DNA of 64,000 nucleotides from Haliotis rufescens (Eukaryota): NCBI RefSeq assembly GCF_023055435.1, contig NW_025963868.1, positions 3,100,001 to 3,164,000 of the forward strand, read 5' to 3'. Shown piece by piece: positions 54,401 to 63,822 of this stretch (position 1 is its first letter; each line of letters starts with the position of its first letter). The notes under the pieces were generated by a model. It saw only the letters and a program-made list of their open reading frames with translations, ran no database searches and was not told where the DNA came from. The position numbers and the translations under genes were made by a program.

Positions 54401-55301
54401 TTTTCTTCATCATGCTATGTCTTGGAATTTAATTTGTAATCGATGGCAGGAGATTTTGAAATCCTAAATTCCAAAGGATAGCGATAGTCCCCATGTTACA
54501 TTATCTGGGTAAAAACTGCACAGGTTATAAATGTGACGTCAATGACGTCGCCTTGCCGAATACCTACACTCTCCTGGCCCATAACAAAGTAGTGTCCCGC
54601 TCCTGTCCTTATTAAAGGTTTTACTTCCTCTAAAACTCAAGAGGTCTGCTGCTAATGACAATACAAGCGTTCCAGCGATATTTTTTAATGTTTTGTTTTC
54701 ATAACAGCTATGTAGTTTTATACGCATTCATTTCCTAACAAGTATTCTGTTAATCCCACATAATACTTACGTGACACAACGAGGACCTGCCTACATCCGG
54801 GAATTATCTGCTTTTTGCTTCCTTGACAGTAGTAAGTACCAGCGTCCTGAACAGTAACATTGTAGATGGTAAACCTCAGCTGTGCGATCTGTGATGGTGA
54901 GTCCTCCCCTGTGTATCTGATCCTGGTCGTGTAGCCGGTGTGCCTGCTGTTGAGTACCCATACATAGTGTGACCTAGGTATAACCACAAACAGTCTGTCA
55001 GCTTCCGAACCATTCCTCCATACGTAATATAGGTAGCTGACATGAGCTGGGTTCATGGTCATGTTAACATCGTAGCCAACACGTGTAACAGTGTGTGGGT
55101 AGTCAGTTGTCACGGAGGCCAGACCTGCTCATAAAACAAATACTCATCATAGAAACTCATTAATTAATGAATATTGACAGTTGACAGACATAAAACATAA
55201 AAACAACTATATATAATGCCAAGTTCTGTTGACGAAGACAGATACATACCACACCCATACAGTCCTCCCGCCACAACGTAAAACGAGAACATAGCCGCCA
55301 T
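45361..55301 (-). CDS. IgSF type-I receptor, gene 3 (SP-V-Ig-Ig-TM, ITAM-bearing tail; 36-aa duplication in domain 2)
   Basis: Exons 55250-55301, 54771-55124 (V), 52486-52893 (408 nt), 50858-51124, TM-A 50211-50333, 48493-48514, 48241-48296, 47813-47834, 47562-47617, 46251-46266, 45361-45538 (DYERLLREQFHIYTSL). Collinear with gene 2, open frame. Confidence 0.82.
46752..46865 (-). CDS. Alternative transmembrane exon TM-B of gene 3
   Basis: 114-nt phase 1-1 exon (Y)DVNVDDIVPVVAVYSVILTAVAVVVAAAAILVCKDVK; acceptor CTTAAG, donor GTAAGG. Confidence 0.7.
52968..54213. mobile_element. Nested SINE B / SINE A / solo-LTR-like element (53236-53944) / MITE
   Basis: Paralog of 36950-37920 with an extra MITE. 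Confidence 0.82.
53470..53793. mobile_element. MITE with TA target duplication (Tc1/mariner/pogo-type)
   Basis: Perfect TIR CCGTATTCGACGTAATAAGCGCCC / GGGCGCTTATTACGTCGAATACGG flanked by TA; empty site at about 37450. Confidence 0.9.
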
Positions 55302-55587
55302 GGCGTTCAATTGATACTGACAGATTTCAGCTTCTGACTATGAGAGTGATGTGTCACAAAATAGTTTCACTTGATTATTTCCGTATTGAATTAATTATCT
55401 CCTTGTTTACTCAAACAGTAGTGAATAGGCCGAGTGTAGCTATTCTTGTATGGATGAATATTGAATGCTGTATTGTGATGCAACTAACTTGGCACCAGGC
55501 CTCTAAATGCTGTCGGGTTTGGTATACATATGTATCTAAATACTATGACTCTATAAGCCCTCTATTGTCTTCGCTTAATTTATTACT

Positions 55588-56347
55588 TGCCCGTGAAGAG
55601 ATCACCCGTTTAATAAACATACAGCTGTATTACACATTGTGTAATACCAAAAGGCGTGCTTATGCACTCTCGGAACACGTTTCACGAACAAATATTGAAA
55701 GCTCTCAACATCCCTTGGCTTATTCAACGACATTGCGTGTGGAGATGATAGATCACTGAGAGGAGCTTACGCACACTCGATGACCCAAGCAACCTTGTTG
55801 CTAGGCTGACGTCACATGGCATTGTTTCGCCGAAGGATCTTGCAACAAAATTCAACAAATTACGTCATCGGGTATTGTGACGTGATTGTAAACTTTGAGT
55901 TGCAAGGCCCCGTTCCACAAGGCGATCGTACTGTAGCGCAACGACAGTCGTTGGTCTAAGTTAAAGTATGTGAGTTGCGATAACCTTAACGCTACGATAA
56001 TTTTGTGGAACGGACGCCTGAATTCTAAAGATGGACCGTTGTATGGTATTAAATTCATACGTTTCAACTTTTGACGTGTTTGAAATATTACTGTGTTAGG
56101 CTTAATTGGATTATGCCGTGGATCGTGTAGCTGTCAGCCTATTCACACTCAACAGTATAATTCTAAAAACGTTAAAAATGACAAGTAATAAATAAAATAC
56201 TAAACTCGCTCCCGTGTAAAACCAATTTTATGAAACGAGTAAATAGTTGTGGTATCTGACGAGCGAAAGCGAGTCAGATACCACAACTATTCACTCGTTT
56301 CATAAAATTGGTATTACACAGGAGCTCCTTTAGTATTGTATATTACT
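55588..56347. mobile_element. About 760-bp non-autonomous insertion with a long subterminal hairpin, upstream of gene 3
   Basis: Absent from the paralogous upstream regions (about 23515, 39280); TATTACT at both junctions; 53-bp stem at 56208-56260/56273-56325. Confidence 0.75.
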
Positions 56348-57089
56348 CTAATGCACTCCCAAACAAGGTGTAAGTGTAACTATGATATCACATCACCAAT
56401 ATAGTGCAGGTCATCTTAGTAGTGAACACATCTTCAACAGATTTATAACTGGTGGCACTAATGCAGAGCCAGTGACACTAAAACTGGATGGCTGCTTAAC
56501 TCAAGGGAGATGTACCCTCCATGTAAAGGGGGACAACCCAGTAGACACATGTGGTTTTTAGGACTGAAAGTGTCTGCTGGAAGTTTTAATCCAAATCATG
56601 AAGCACAGATTATTTTTCTCTTTCTCCTCCTTTCTTTCTTTTCCCCATCATTAATGTTTAAACACAAGGTGTGCGTGTATCCAGATGAATACTGATTATG
56701 CTGACGTCTGTTTTCTGTTATCTGAGCCAGGATCGTGTTGTTTTTCAGGATAATACTTTCTGATTCTGATAAGGTGAAGTCACTGTGTTGGACTGTATCA
56801 ACTCTCTATTGTTCACGCCTTACTCCAATGCACGTCAAAACAAGGTGTGAATGCAGCTATTGGTTTCACATCGCCAATATAGTGCAGATGACAATAGCGG
56901 TGGTAATGTCGGCAACAATATAGAACCAGTGACACTAGAAATAGGTGGCTGTGATTTCAAGGGAAATTCACCACTGAAAGTGTCTGCTTGTGGTTTAATC
57001 TTAATTATACAGCAGGGATTATTTTCTCTAGCTTTCTTTTTCCCATCATTACTTTTTATGTGCAAAACATTCGCATGTCCAAATTGGCA

Positions 57090-57800
57090 TCAATTATGCT
57101 GGCGTCTATGTTCTGTCATTTGTTTGGCGATACAGGCACGACCCCTTGATTGCATAGTGTTAATTATATCGTGTATGTTTGTCCTTGATATTGCCCGTCA
57201 TTCCGCCTGAAGAGCTATCCCAAGCTGGGCCACGTTGACGGGTGCTAGATCTCTGTTGTACACTCTCCGTGCCGACAACATCCCACAGATGTCCTATTGG
57301 GGACATGTCAGGGGACACAGCAGGCCAGTCCAATGTCCGTATGACATCTCGTCGGAGATAATCGGTGACGACCTGGGTACGACGTGGTCTTGTATTGTTA
57401 TCTTGCAGTTCAGAATGTCTACAGATAATTCTAGCAATTGAAACAACAGCAGGACGCACACTTTCGTCAACATATCGCTGCCTAGTTAAAAGTCCATTCT
57501 CAATAACCAATTTAGTGCGCCTGTCAAATGTAATACCACCCCACAACATGACACTACCCCCCAAATACCGATCATGGCGAATCGTTGCAACCGCTCGATG
57601 CTACGTCCGACAACGTTTTCAGCCATCTGTGAATCGGTTGCAAAAACTTGATTCGTCTGTAAACACGATGTAAGGTCCATGGCGCACAGCCCGTTCATGG
57701 TGTTGTCTAGCCCACCCGAATCTTTACCACCTTTGGTCAGTTGTTAGGGTCACAGCCTTCACAAGACGCCTTGCTTTCACCTTCCTGTTATAGTATGGAA
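57090..57800 (-). pseudogene. Tc1-like transposase remnant upstream of gene 3
   Basis: GGSVMLWGGITFDRRT..QDNNTRP..DWPAVSPDMSPIGHLWD (ORF 57160-57564). Confidence 0.85.
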
Positions 57801-58208
57801 TTCTCTACTGATGAGAGGAGCAGATTTGAATCTATTAAATAATGCAATAAATGTAATGAGACTACCTTATCAAGGTGTCGGTTTTTGTAAGGCCTGCCAC
57901 GCCTTGGTCTCATTGCTGTGACATACCGTACATATGTTTCATCGCAAACTGGCTTCCACGGGAGCTATCGCTTGGCTGAGATCCCAACACCGACGTAGTG
58001 ATGCCTTGGCATTACATCACTGCCAGAAGCTAATTCGGATGTCATCTGTCCAGACGCTTCTGATGTTGTAAGCAGTAGTATAGGTAATAGGGGTTCTGGA
58101 CCACTTCCACTGGAGCTGGATTTATATACCTATACTGCTACTACAGGGGGGATTTTTTATGCGTAAATGATGATGCGATTTAACGATAGTCATGAGATTG
58201 GCTCTAGC

Positions 58209-58466
58209 TCACCAATACCTGGGGCCAATCATTGCTTTAGATGAGCCTAAATGGTAATAAAAATATTCTTCATTATTTTTATCGATAAAGCGATATTCAA
58301 CATTTTTATTAAGTTCTTCGTTCATTTTACTAGGAGACCAGACTATATAACTACACTCTTTTTGTAAATTGATAAGAAACAATTGATAACCGTATTTGGT
58401 TGGTTTGGCATCACTGATATAATAAAAACCTTGTGGTAATTCTTTCCATTGAATAGCTTTCTCCAT
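58209..58466 (-). CDS. Small hypothetical viral-type protein (85 aa), possibly a beta-barrel/OB-like fold
   Basis: Intact ORF after an AT-rich leader; the TKYG..LFL..YIVWSP beta-strand pattern is suggestive only. Confidence 0.55.
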   Translation of the reverse strand: MEKAIQWKELPQGFYYISDAKPTKYGYQLFLINLQKECSYIVWSPSKMNEELNKNVEYRFIDKNNEEYFYYHLGSSKAMIGPRYW

Positions 58467-58521
58467 TATTATATATTTATGTTAGCATTTGTCTAAATGT
58501 AATCACACGATAGTAAGCAAT

Positions 58522-59142
58522 CTATTTTGAATCTCCAACCAGTTCTTTGGTTTTGGCACGGAATAATTGACGAGCTTGTTGCCCCCCCTCTTCTATGAAC
58601 TTTTTTTTCTCGTCTTCGCTAATACCACTGGTCTTACGAGATTTTGATCGAATCTCCTGCTTCATTTCGTTGTATTTGGTGAGTTCCGACAGCACTAAAC
58701 GAAACTCATCCTCGGATATCTTACTATCGGCCATTGCTGTCGAAATATGATCCTCAATGCTGTTCAACTTTGCTTCGGCGAGTATCCGAATACTATCGTG
58801 TTTTAATGCTTTCTTTTGTAACCTACGAGAAATGAATTTTATCGCTATTCCTGCCAGTCCCGATACTCCAGCGGTTATTTCCATGCCGAGCACGATAGGC
58901 ACGGCGATTATAGTTGATAGTAAACCGATACCCGCTACACCGAGTCCCATGCCAGATACTATAAGAGTGGTGTGAACTCCGTCCAGAGCATTCACGGCTC
59001 TGCGATACCTTTTATACAATCCAAGTCTCAACTCCCTATCCTTCTCTATTCGATGTTTTATGTCGCTTATTTGATGTAATCGAAATCCATCAACAGTTTC
59101 CATCTTTTCAAATGCTTCATTGAGCGCCGGATATAAACTCAT
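58522..59142 (-). CDS. Hypothetical membrane protein with a Gly-rich hydrophobic hairpin and helical flanks
   Basis: ORF 58522-59160, likely start MSLYPAL (59142). Hydrophobic stretch LIVSGMGLGVAGIGLLSTIIAVPIVLGMEITAGVSGLAGIAI, followed by KHDSIRILAEAKLNSI..KISEDEF. Confidence 0.8.
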   Translation of the reverse strand: MSLYPALNEAFEKMETVDGFRLHQISDIKHRIEKDRELRLGLYKRYRRAVNALDGVHTTLIVSGMGLGVAGIGLLSTIIAVPIVLGMEITAGVSGLAGIAIKFISRRLQKKALKHDSIRILAEAKLNSIEDHISTAMADSKISEDEFRLVLSELTKYNEMKQEIRSKSRKTSGISEDEKKKFIEEGGQQARQLFRAKTKELVGDSK

Positions 59143-59156
59143 AGTGTATATAACGA

Positions 59157-59960
59157 TCATATAATAGTCTTTAATTGGTCTTGCTTAAATGTTTTGAGAC
59201 TATACATCAACCTTATTAAATGTATATTATACGGCAAGAATATCTTAGAAAGAGAAATACTACCACTTTTAATAATTTGGACCCCCTCGAGGGTTGCAAC
59301 GGGCGATGCTCCGATATGAATAATACTGCAACGTTGACGCTCGTGATTCTTGAGCCATTTAATCGATAGACCTGGTAATATTTCGAAGGCATCTACCGGT
59401 ACATCTCCGAACAAGACTTCAATAATAAGCGTAGAAATATTAGGTATTGCACTCAGGTTAACTTTAATATCTTCGAATTCAGTAACCAAATTTAAACTAA
59501 TGTTTTTTAAGGACGGACGACTATATAACATATGACCTGGGTTTTCTGGCAGGGGAGTAACCAACACACTTTTTCGTTTTGACGGGATAAGCCGCGAGTA
59601 CGATGCCACTATTTATTATCTTAGTTAAATTATGTCCCTTACCCATCATCACATAAGGTGGGATAATGACGATATTCAGTAGCCACTCGATGTTTGCTTC
59701 GACCATAGTCCATTTATTATCATCGTTGCGAGTAATATTGTACGAAGTGTTTTTAAGGAGTCTACTAACATCGACATCGCTTAAATCTCCTAGATTACCC
59801 GTGAATGTGACTTCTTTCCGCTTGTATACATTATCGTGTAAGTGTAAAGCGTATAACTTACCATTGTAACTGGGTTTATCAAACCTTCTGTGTCTCCGAG
59901 ATCGGAAAGCGCAATTGTATTACATTGTCTTACTGTTCCAGGGCCTGATGCATCAACCAT
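59157..59960 (-). pseudogene. Probable single viral ORF broken by two frameshifts (fibre-like N-terminus)
   Basis: The ATG overlaps the penton stop (MVDASGPGTVRQCNTIALSDLGDT). It continues in a second frame (..GNLGDLSDVDVSRLL.. into ORF 59521-59706), then a third (ORF 59157-59609) whose stop lies just before the next gene. Confidence 0.5.
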
Positions 59961-60639
59961 TATTTTTAATATGGAGTGTTACACTTAAGTATCCTATATG
60001 TACAGGTTGATGTTTTACATCTAATATAGAAATTTTGAGGTCTGAAATAATACCACGCTTCAATTTTTTATATTGTAATGACGAGAAAGATTCCGTTCTA
60101 CCGCTATTATATTTTTCATTTTTCACTGGAACACTTCTGAGCAAAGTTGAAGGACTTTCTAGTTGAATATTATTTGTCGTACTGATTTGATCAAGATGGA
60201 TACACAACTCTTTATAGGGAACTAAATCGGACAATGTCTCTCCATCAAATGTTGCCTTGAATATTGATAAAATTCCGCATGTAAATCCAAGTGTAGCTGA
60301 TAAGTTCCCTACAATCCGTACACCTTTTTCTCCAGTGTCAAATTTCAACATTCCATTGGACTCATTTTGTGTTAGACTAATTCTATTAGACTTAAAAATT
60401 TCATCATTGAGTGAGCATACGCTGTAATACCCATCAGGTATAATAATGAATTTTTCAATAATATTTTGTTCATCTAATATCCATATCTTATTATTACCTC
60501 TCGCAGCACTTATATTGGTCCACAGTGGGTAATATGTTACGTCGCATAGAGCGACTTCGAGTTGTCCATCCGAGTTATCGATAGTATGAAGCAGTTCAAT
60601 AGACTGGCCATTTGTTATTCCCGGGAGTGTAACATACAT
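59953..60639 (-). CDS. Minor capsid protein (penton, single jelly-roll)-like, copy 1
   Basis: EVAL..NI..N..IPDGYYS...LN and C-terminal LCIHLDQI..LLRSVPV..LQYKKL..ISDLKISILD..VTLHI match the pattern I recall for Polinton pentons. Confidence 0.72.
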   Translation of the reverse strand: MYVTLPGITNGQSIELLHTIDNSDGQLEVALCDVTYYPLWTNISAARGNNKIWILDEQNIIEKFIIIPDGYYSVCSLNDEIFKSNRISLTQNESNGMLKFDTGEKGVRIVGNLSATLGFTCGILSIFKATFDGETLSDLVPYKELCIHLDQISTTNNIQLESPSTLLRSVPVKNEKYNSGRTESFSSLQYKKLKRGIISDLKISILDVKHQPVHIGYLSVTLHIKNNG

Positions 60640-60688
60640 ATTAAATATACAATGATACTATATCATAACTTAAATATGGAATCAACCA

Positions 60689-61387
60689 TTATATAATATG
60701 GAGTGTTACACTTAAGTATCCTATATGTACTGGTTGGTGTTTTACATCTAATACAGAAATTTTAAGGTCTGAAATAATACCCCGCTGCAATTTTTTATAT
60801 TGTAATAACGAGAAAGATTCCGTTCTACCGCTATTATATTTTTCATTTTTCACTGGAACACTTCTGAGAAGAGTTGAAGGACTTTCTTGTTGAATATTAT
60901 CCGTCGTGCTTATTTGATCAAGATGAATGAACAACTCTTTATAGGGAACTAAATAGGGTAATTCATAATTTCCAGCCACTGATGAGCCGCGTGATAATGT
61001 TACTCCCTTTCCCAATCCAATTGTGTATCCTAAGTTATCACTAATAATTATTTTTCCGTATCCATTGATGACTTTCACTTTCCCAGTCGCCTCATTTTGT
61101 GTGATACTAATTTTACCAGTATTATCAAATTCATCATCATCCTTAAAATAATCATTGAGTGAGCTTATGCTGTAATACCCATCAGGTATAGTAATAATAT
61201 TATTAATTCTATCTTGGTCATCTAATATAAATATCTCATTATTATCTCTCGCAGCACTTATATTGGTCCACAGCAGGTAATACGTTACATCGCATAGTGC
61301 GACTTCGAGTTGTCCATCCCAGTTATCGATAGTATGAAGCAGTTCAATAGACTGACCATTTGTTATTCCAGGTAGTGTAACATACAT
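60689..61387 (-). CDS. Minor capsid protein (penton)-like, copy 2
   Basis: Tandem paralog of 59953-60639: near-identical N- and C-terminal parts, divergent middle. Confidence 0.72.
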   Translation of the reverse strand: MYVTLPGITNGQSIELLHTIDNWDGQLEVALCDVTYYLLWTNISAARDNNEIFILDDQDRINNIITIPDGYYSISSLNDYFKDDDEFDNTGKISITQNEATGKVKVINGYGKIIISDNLGYTIGLGKGVTLSRGSSVAGNYELPYLVPYKELFIHLDQISTTDNIQQESPSTLLRSVPVKNEKYNSGRTESFSLLQYKKLQRGIISDLKISVLDVKHQPVHIGYLSVTLHII

Positions 61388-61399
61388 ATTAAATATACA

Positions 61400-62638
61400 A
61401 TGATACTATATCATAACTTAAATATGAAATCGACTCACATTACTAATCAATCGATTATGGTAACTGCCTCCGGTGCTGAGTTTACCGTTAAATTCCACGA
61501 TATCTTTGAAAAATACAGTTTCACGGCAACTAACGATAAAATGATTGACGATTGGTTTAACCGTCCGATGCAATTTTGGCAGAATCAGTTAAACTTTGCC
61601 GTATGGTGTGCCACAACGGGATGTGGCGTATCTGTTAATGCCCCAGGATTTAAACTATATAAGTCTGTTATATTATTTCACGTGTACTATCAGATTAGAC
61701 GTATACTTAAAGAAATTAGTGCTCCATTACCGATGGATCCAGCATGGAATCACGCAAATAATCATTATAATAAGAGGGCCTTCGAACGTATTTGTAATGA
61801 ATTTAATGTTTCTACGAGTAAAGATTGGCGCATTAAAGGACCTAGCCATGGTCTAGGTATTCCGTACAATGGACAAAGAACTATTAAAGATAAAAGCGAT
61901 TATTTAATTAAAGCGGGTGTGATCCCTTCAGGCTTTGCTCTCTCGGATAAACAGTTTAGAGCAGATCGTATGAACTTTGAGAGTGGCATTCCTTATCTTA
62001 TAACAAAGTTTGTGCATCCAAACGATACAACAGATGCTTGGAATGAATTTCTTAATGATAAAACGGAAAATAATTTTACTAACCCAGGATTTGAAAGAGT
62101 TAATGAATCGATAAGAACTTATGTGTGGGCAATTCTCGGAGCACAATCGCAAACACGAACATCCATTATTGGTACTGGGACGGCGTTCGATGCGCAAAAA
62201 CAGTTTGTTTCAAACGTGGAGGACGCCATTAATTCACCAGTTGACATACCATCGTCTATAAAGCGTTTTCAAGATGCATTACAGTACGCTCAATCCAAAG
62301 TGGACTTCGTTTATGCGCCGGGACTATACATGTCTCCGAGTAATATGGAACTTAAGATCGGTCAAGTGATAGGCTATAATAATAAAATTGTTATCGCTAC
62401 CGATCAACAAAAACCAGGTATAAATTCAGATATTAACGTCGAATTAATAACGCAAACGATCACGGGCGAAAAGGGAATAGTCAAGCCACAAACACCAACT
62501 ATCGCTCAACCATCTACTAATGCACAAGTACCACCGCATATTGAGGCTAAAAATCAACAACATATCGATGAAAAAACAGCGCTTGTAGTGGGTGGAGTCT
62601 CGGTTGGTTTACTCATGATTTGGTTAAATAGTTCTTAG
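61400..62638 (+). CDS. Hypothetical 412-aa viral protein with a C-terminal membrane anchor
   Basis: Long intact ORF with QLNFAVWCATTGCGVS and FHVYYQIRRIL motifs, a Pro/Thr-rich linker, then ALVVGGVSVGLLMIWL at the C-terminus. Confidence 0.8.
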   Translation: MILYHNLNMKSTHITNQSIMVTASGAEFTVKFHDIFEKYSFTATNDKMIDDWFNRPMQFWQNQLNFAVWCATTGCGVSVNAPGFKLYKSVILFHVYYQIRRILKEISAPLPMDPAWNHANNHYNKRAFERICNEFNVSTSKDWRIKGPSHGLGIPYNGQRTIKDKSDYLIKAGVIPSGFALSDKQFRADRMNFESGIPYLITKFVHPNDTTDAWNEFLNDKTENNFTNPGFERVNESIRTYVWAILGAQSQTRTSIIGTGTAFDAQKQFVSNVEDAINSPVDIPSSIKRFQDALQYAQSKVDFVYAPGLYMSPSNMELKIGQVIGYNNKIVIATDQQKPGINSDINVELITQTITGEKGIVKPQTPTIAQPSTNAQVPPHIEAKNQQHIDEKTALVVGGVSVGLLMIWLNSS

Positions 62639-63782
62639 CGAACACGTACAGCAGCCCTGCAATTGCTACGATCAGCCCCCACAAGTTTTGACTAAGCCAA
62701 GTGGTGGTCTTAGCTAATAAATTCAATAGCCAGGAAACAACACTCCCTATTATACCGGGAAGTGCGGCTGCGGCTTTCTCAGCGAGCTTTCCCAGTGCTG
62801 AACCTAATGCTTTTAAATGCTTTTTAATCCACTCTTTTATACCATTTTTATCGTTGGGCGGTGATCCGCCTCCAGTACTGCCACCTGTTAACGAGAGAGT
62901 CAAAGTCGATATAATAAAACCCAACGCGGTTAAAATACTGGCAATGGTTATTCCCTGTTCTCTGAACAATGTTTTAATTTTATCGGCCAGTGTAGTGTCA
63001 TCGTTGAGGACTTGATCGATAGTTTCTCGAATACGACTGATTTGCGAACGAAGTGCCTTTCTATTACTGGAAGCTGCTTCGATGCGGGCCAATCTTTCGT
63101 CTTCTAAGTTACGCAATCTTTTCGCTACGCGGCGTCTACTGAACTCATCGCCCGCCTGTTCGAGTTTTGTTTTCTCTTGAGCTATATGCTTGTCGATTTC
63201 GGATATCTTGGCTGTATTATTGATGAGTTCTCCCCGCATTGTTCGCATTGCCTTGTCAAGACCTCGTAATTCCCTAATACTGAACTCTGAATATGGTGAT
63301 ACCTGTACCATGGAATTATCGTAATAGGTATCTAAGATTTCTCCGAGTCCGTTCGAGGCCACGTTAGAGGCTTCTTCCAAATCATCTGTATTAACGAGTT
63401 CATCACGCACGGTTCGAAGAACTTTAGTAGTCTTCGCGGAAAGTCGTCGGTAGTCCACAAAACCTAATTTATCACGAACAGTGCTGATGCCGTGTTTAGC
63501 AGCTATCGTAGACAAGGCTAGGGGCTTACGAGTACGAGAATGCATAAGATCAATATCCGGAGAGTCACGCAGTCGCAATATTCCTTTACTATCTATCTCA
63601 AACTTTGAATAGTCACGACCTATTGGGGTATCATCTTTTAAGGCATCGTAATAATCATTGACGGACGATTGTAAAAGTTCATCGTTAAGACTACTAAACC
63701 TGGTTTCATCAGTACCCTCTTCGATTGGATTCGGATCATCAAAGGTACTTAGATCATAGTCATCAATATCAAAATTAGCCAT
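62613..63782 (-). CDS. Hypothetical coiled-coil protein with hydrophobic/amphipathic C-terminal helices (candidate membrane-penetration protein)
   Basis: Likely start MANFDIDDY (63782). Acidic N-terminus, long heptad region, then GITIASILTALGFIISTLTLSL, a Gly linker, amphipathic LKALGSALGKLAEKAAAALPGIIGSVVSWLL and LWGLIVAIAGLLYVF. Confidence 0.8.
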   Translation of the reverse strand: MANFDIDDYDLSTFDDPNPIEEGTDETRFSSLNDELLQSSVNDYYDALKDDTPIGRDYSKFEIDSKGILRLRDSPDIDLMHSRTRKPLALSTIAAKHGISTVRDKLGFVDYRRLSAKTTKVLRTVRDELVNTDDLEEASNVASNGLGEILDTYYDNSMVQVSPYSEFSIRELRGLDKAMRTMRGELINNTAKISEIDKHIAQEKTKLEQAGDEFSRRRVAKRLRNLEDERLARIEAASSNRKALRSQISRIRETIDQVLNDDTTLADKIKTLFREQGITIASILTALGFIISTLTLSLTGGSTGGGSPPNDKNGIKEWIKKHLKALGSALGKLAEKAAAALPGIIGSVVSWLLNLLAKTTTWLSQNLWGLIVAIAGLLYVFAKNYLTKS

Positions 63783-63822
63783 TTTTATATTAAACATAGG
63801 GTACATAATTTCAATATAAACA

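Noticed and set aside
22683-55113. Assigning a gene symbol (CEACAM, hemicentin, FREP, Alr, Dscam) to the Ig genes
   Set aside because: Only the architecture is similar. No fibrinogen, lectin or FN3 exons were found, and orthology cannot be shown from the sequence alone.
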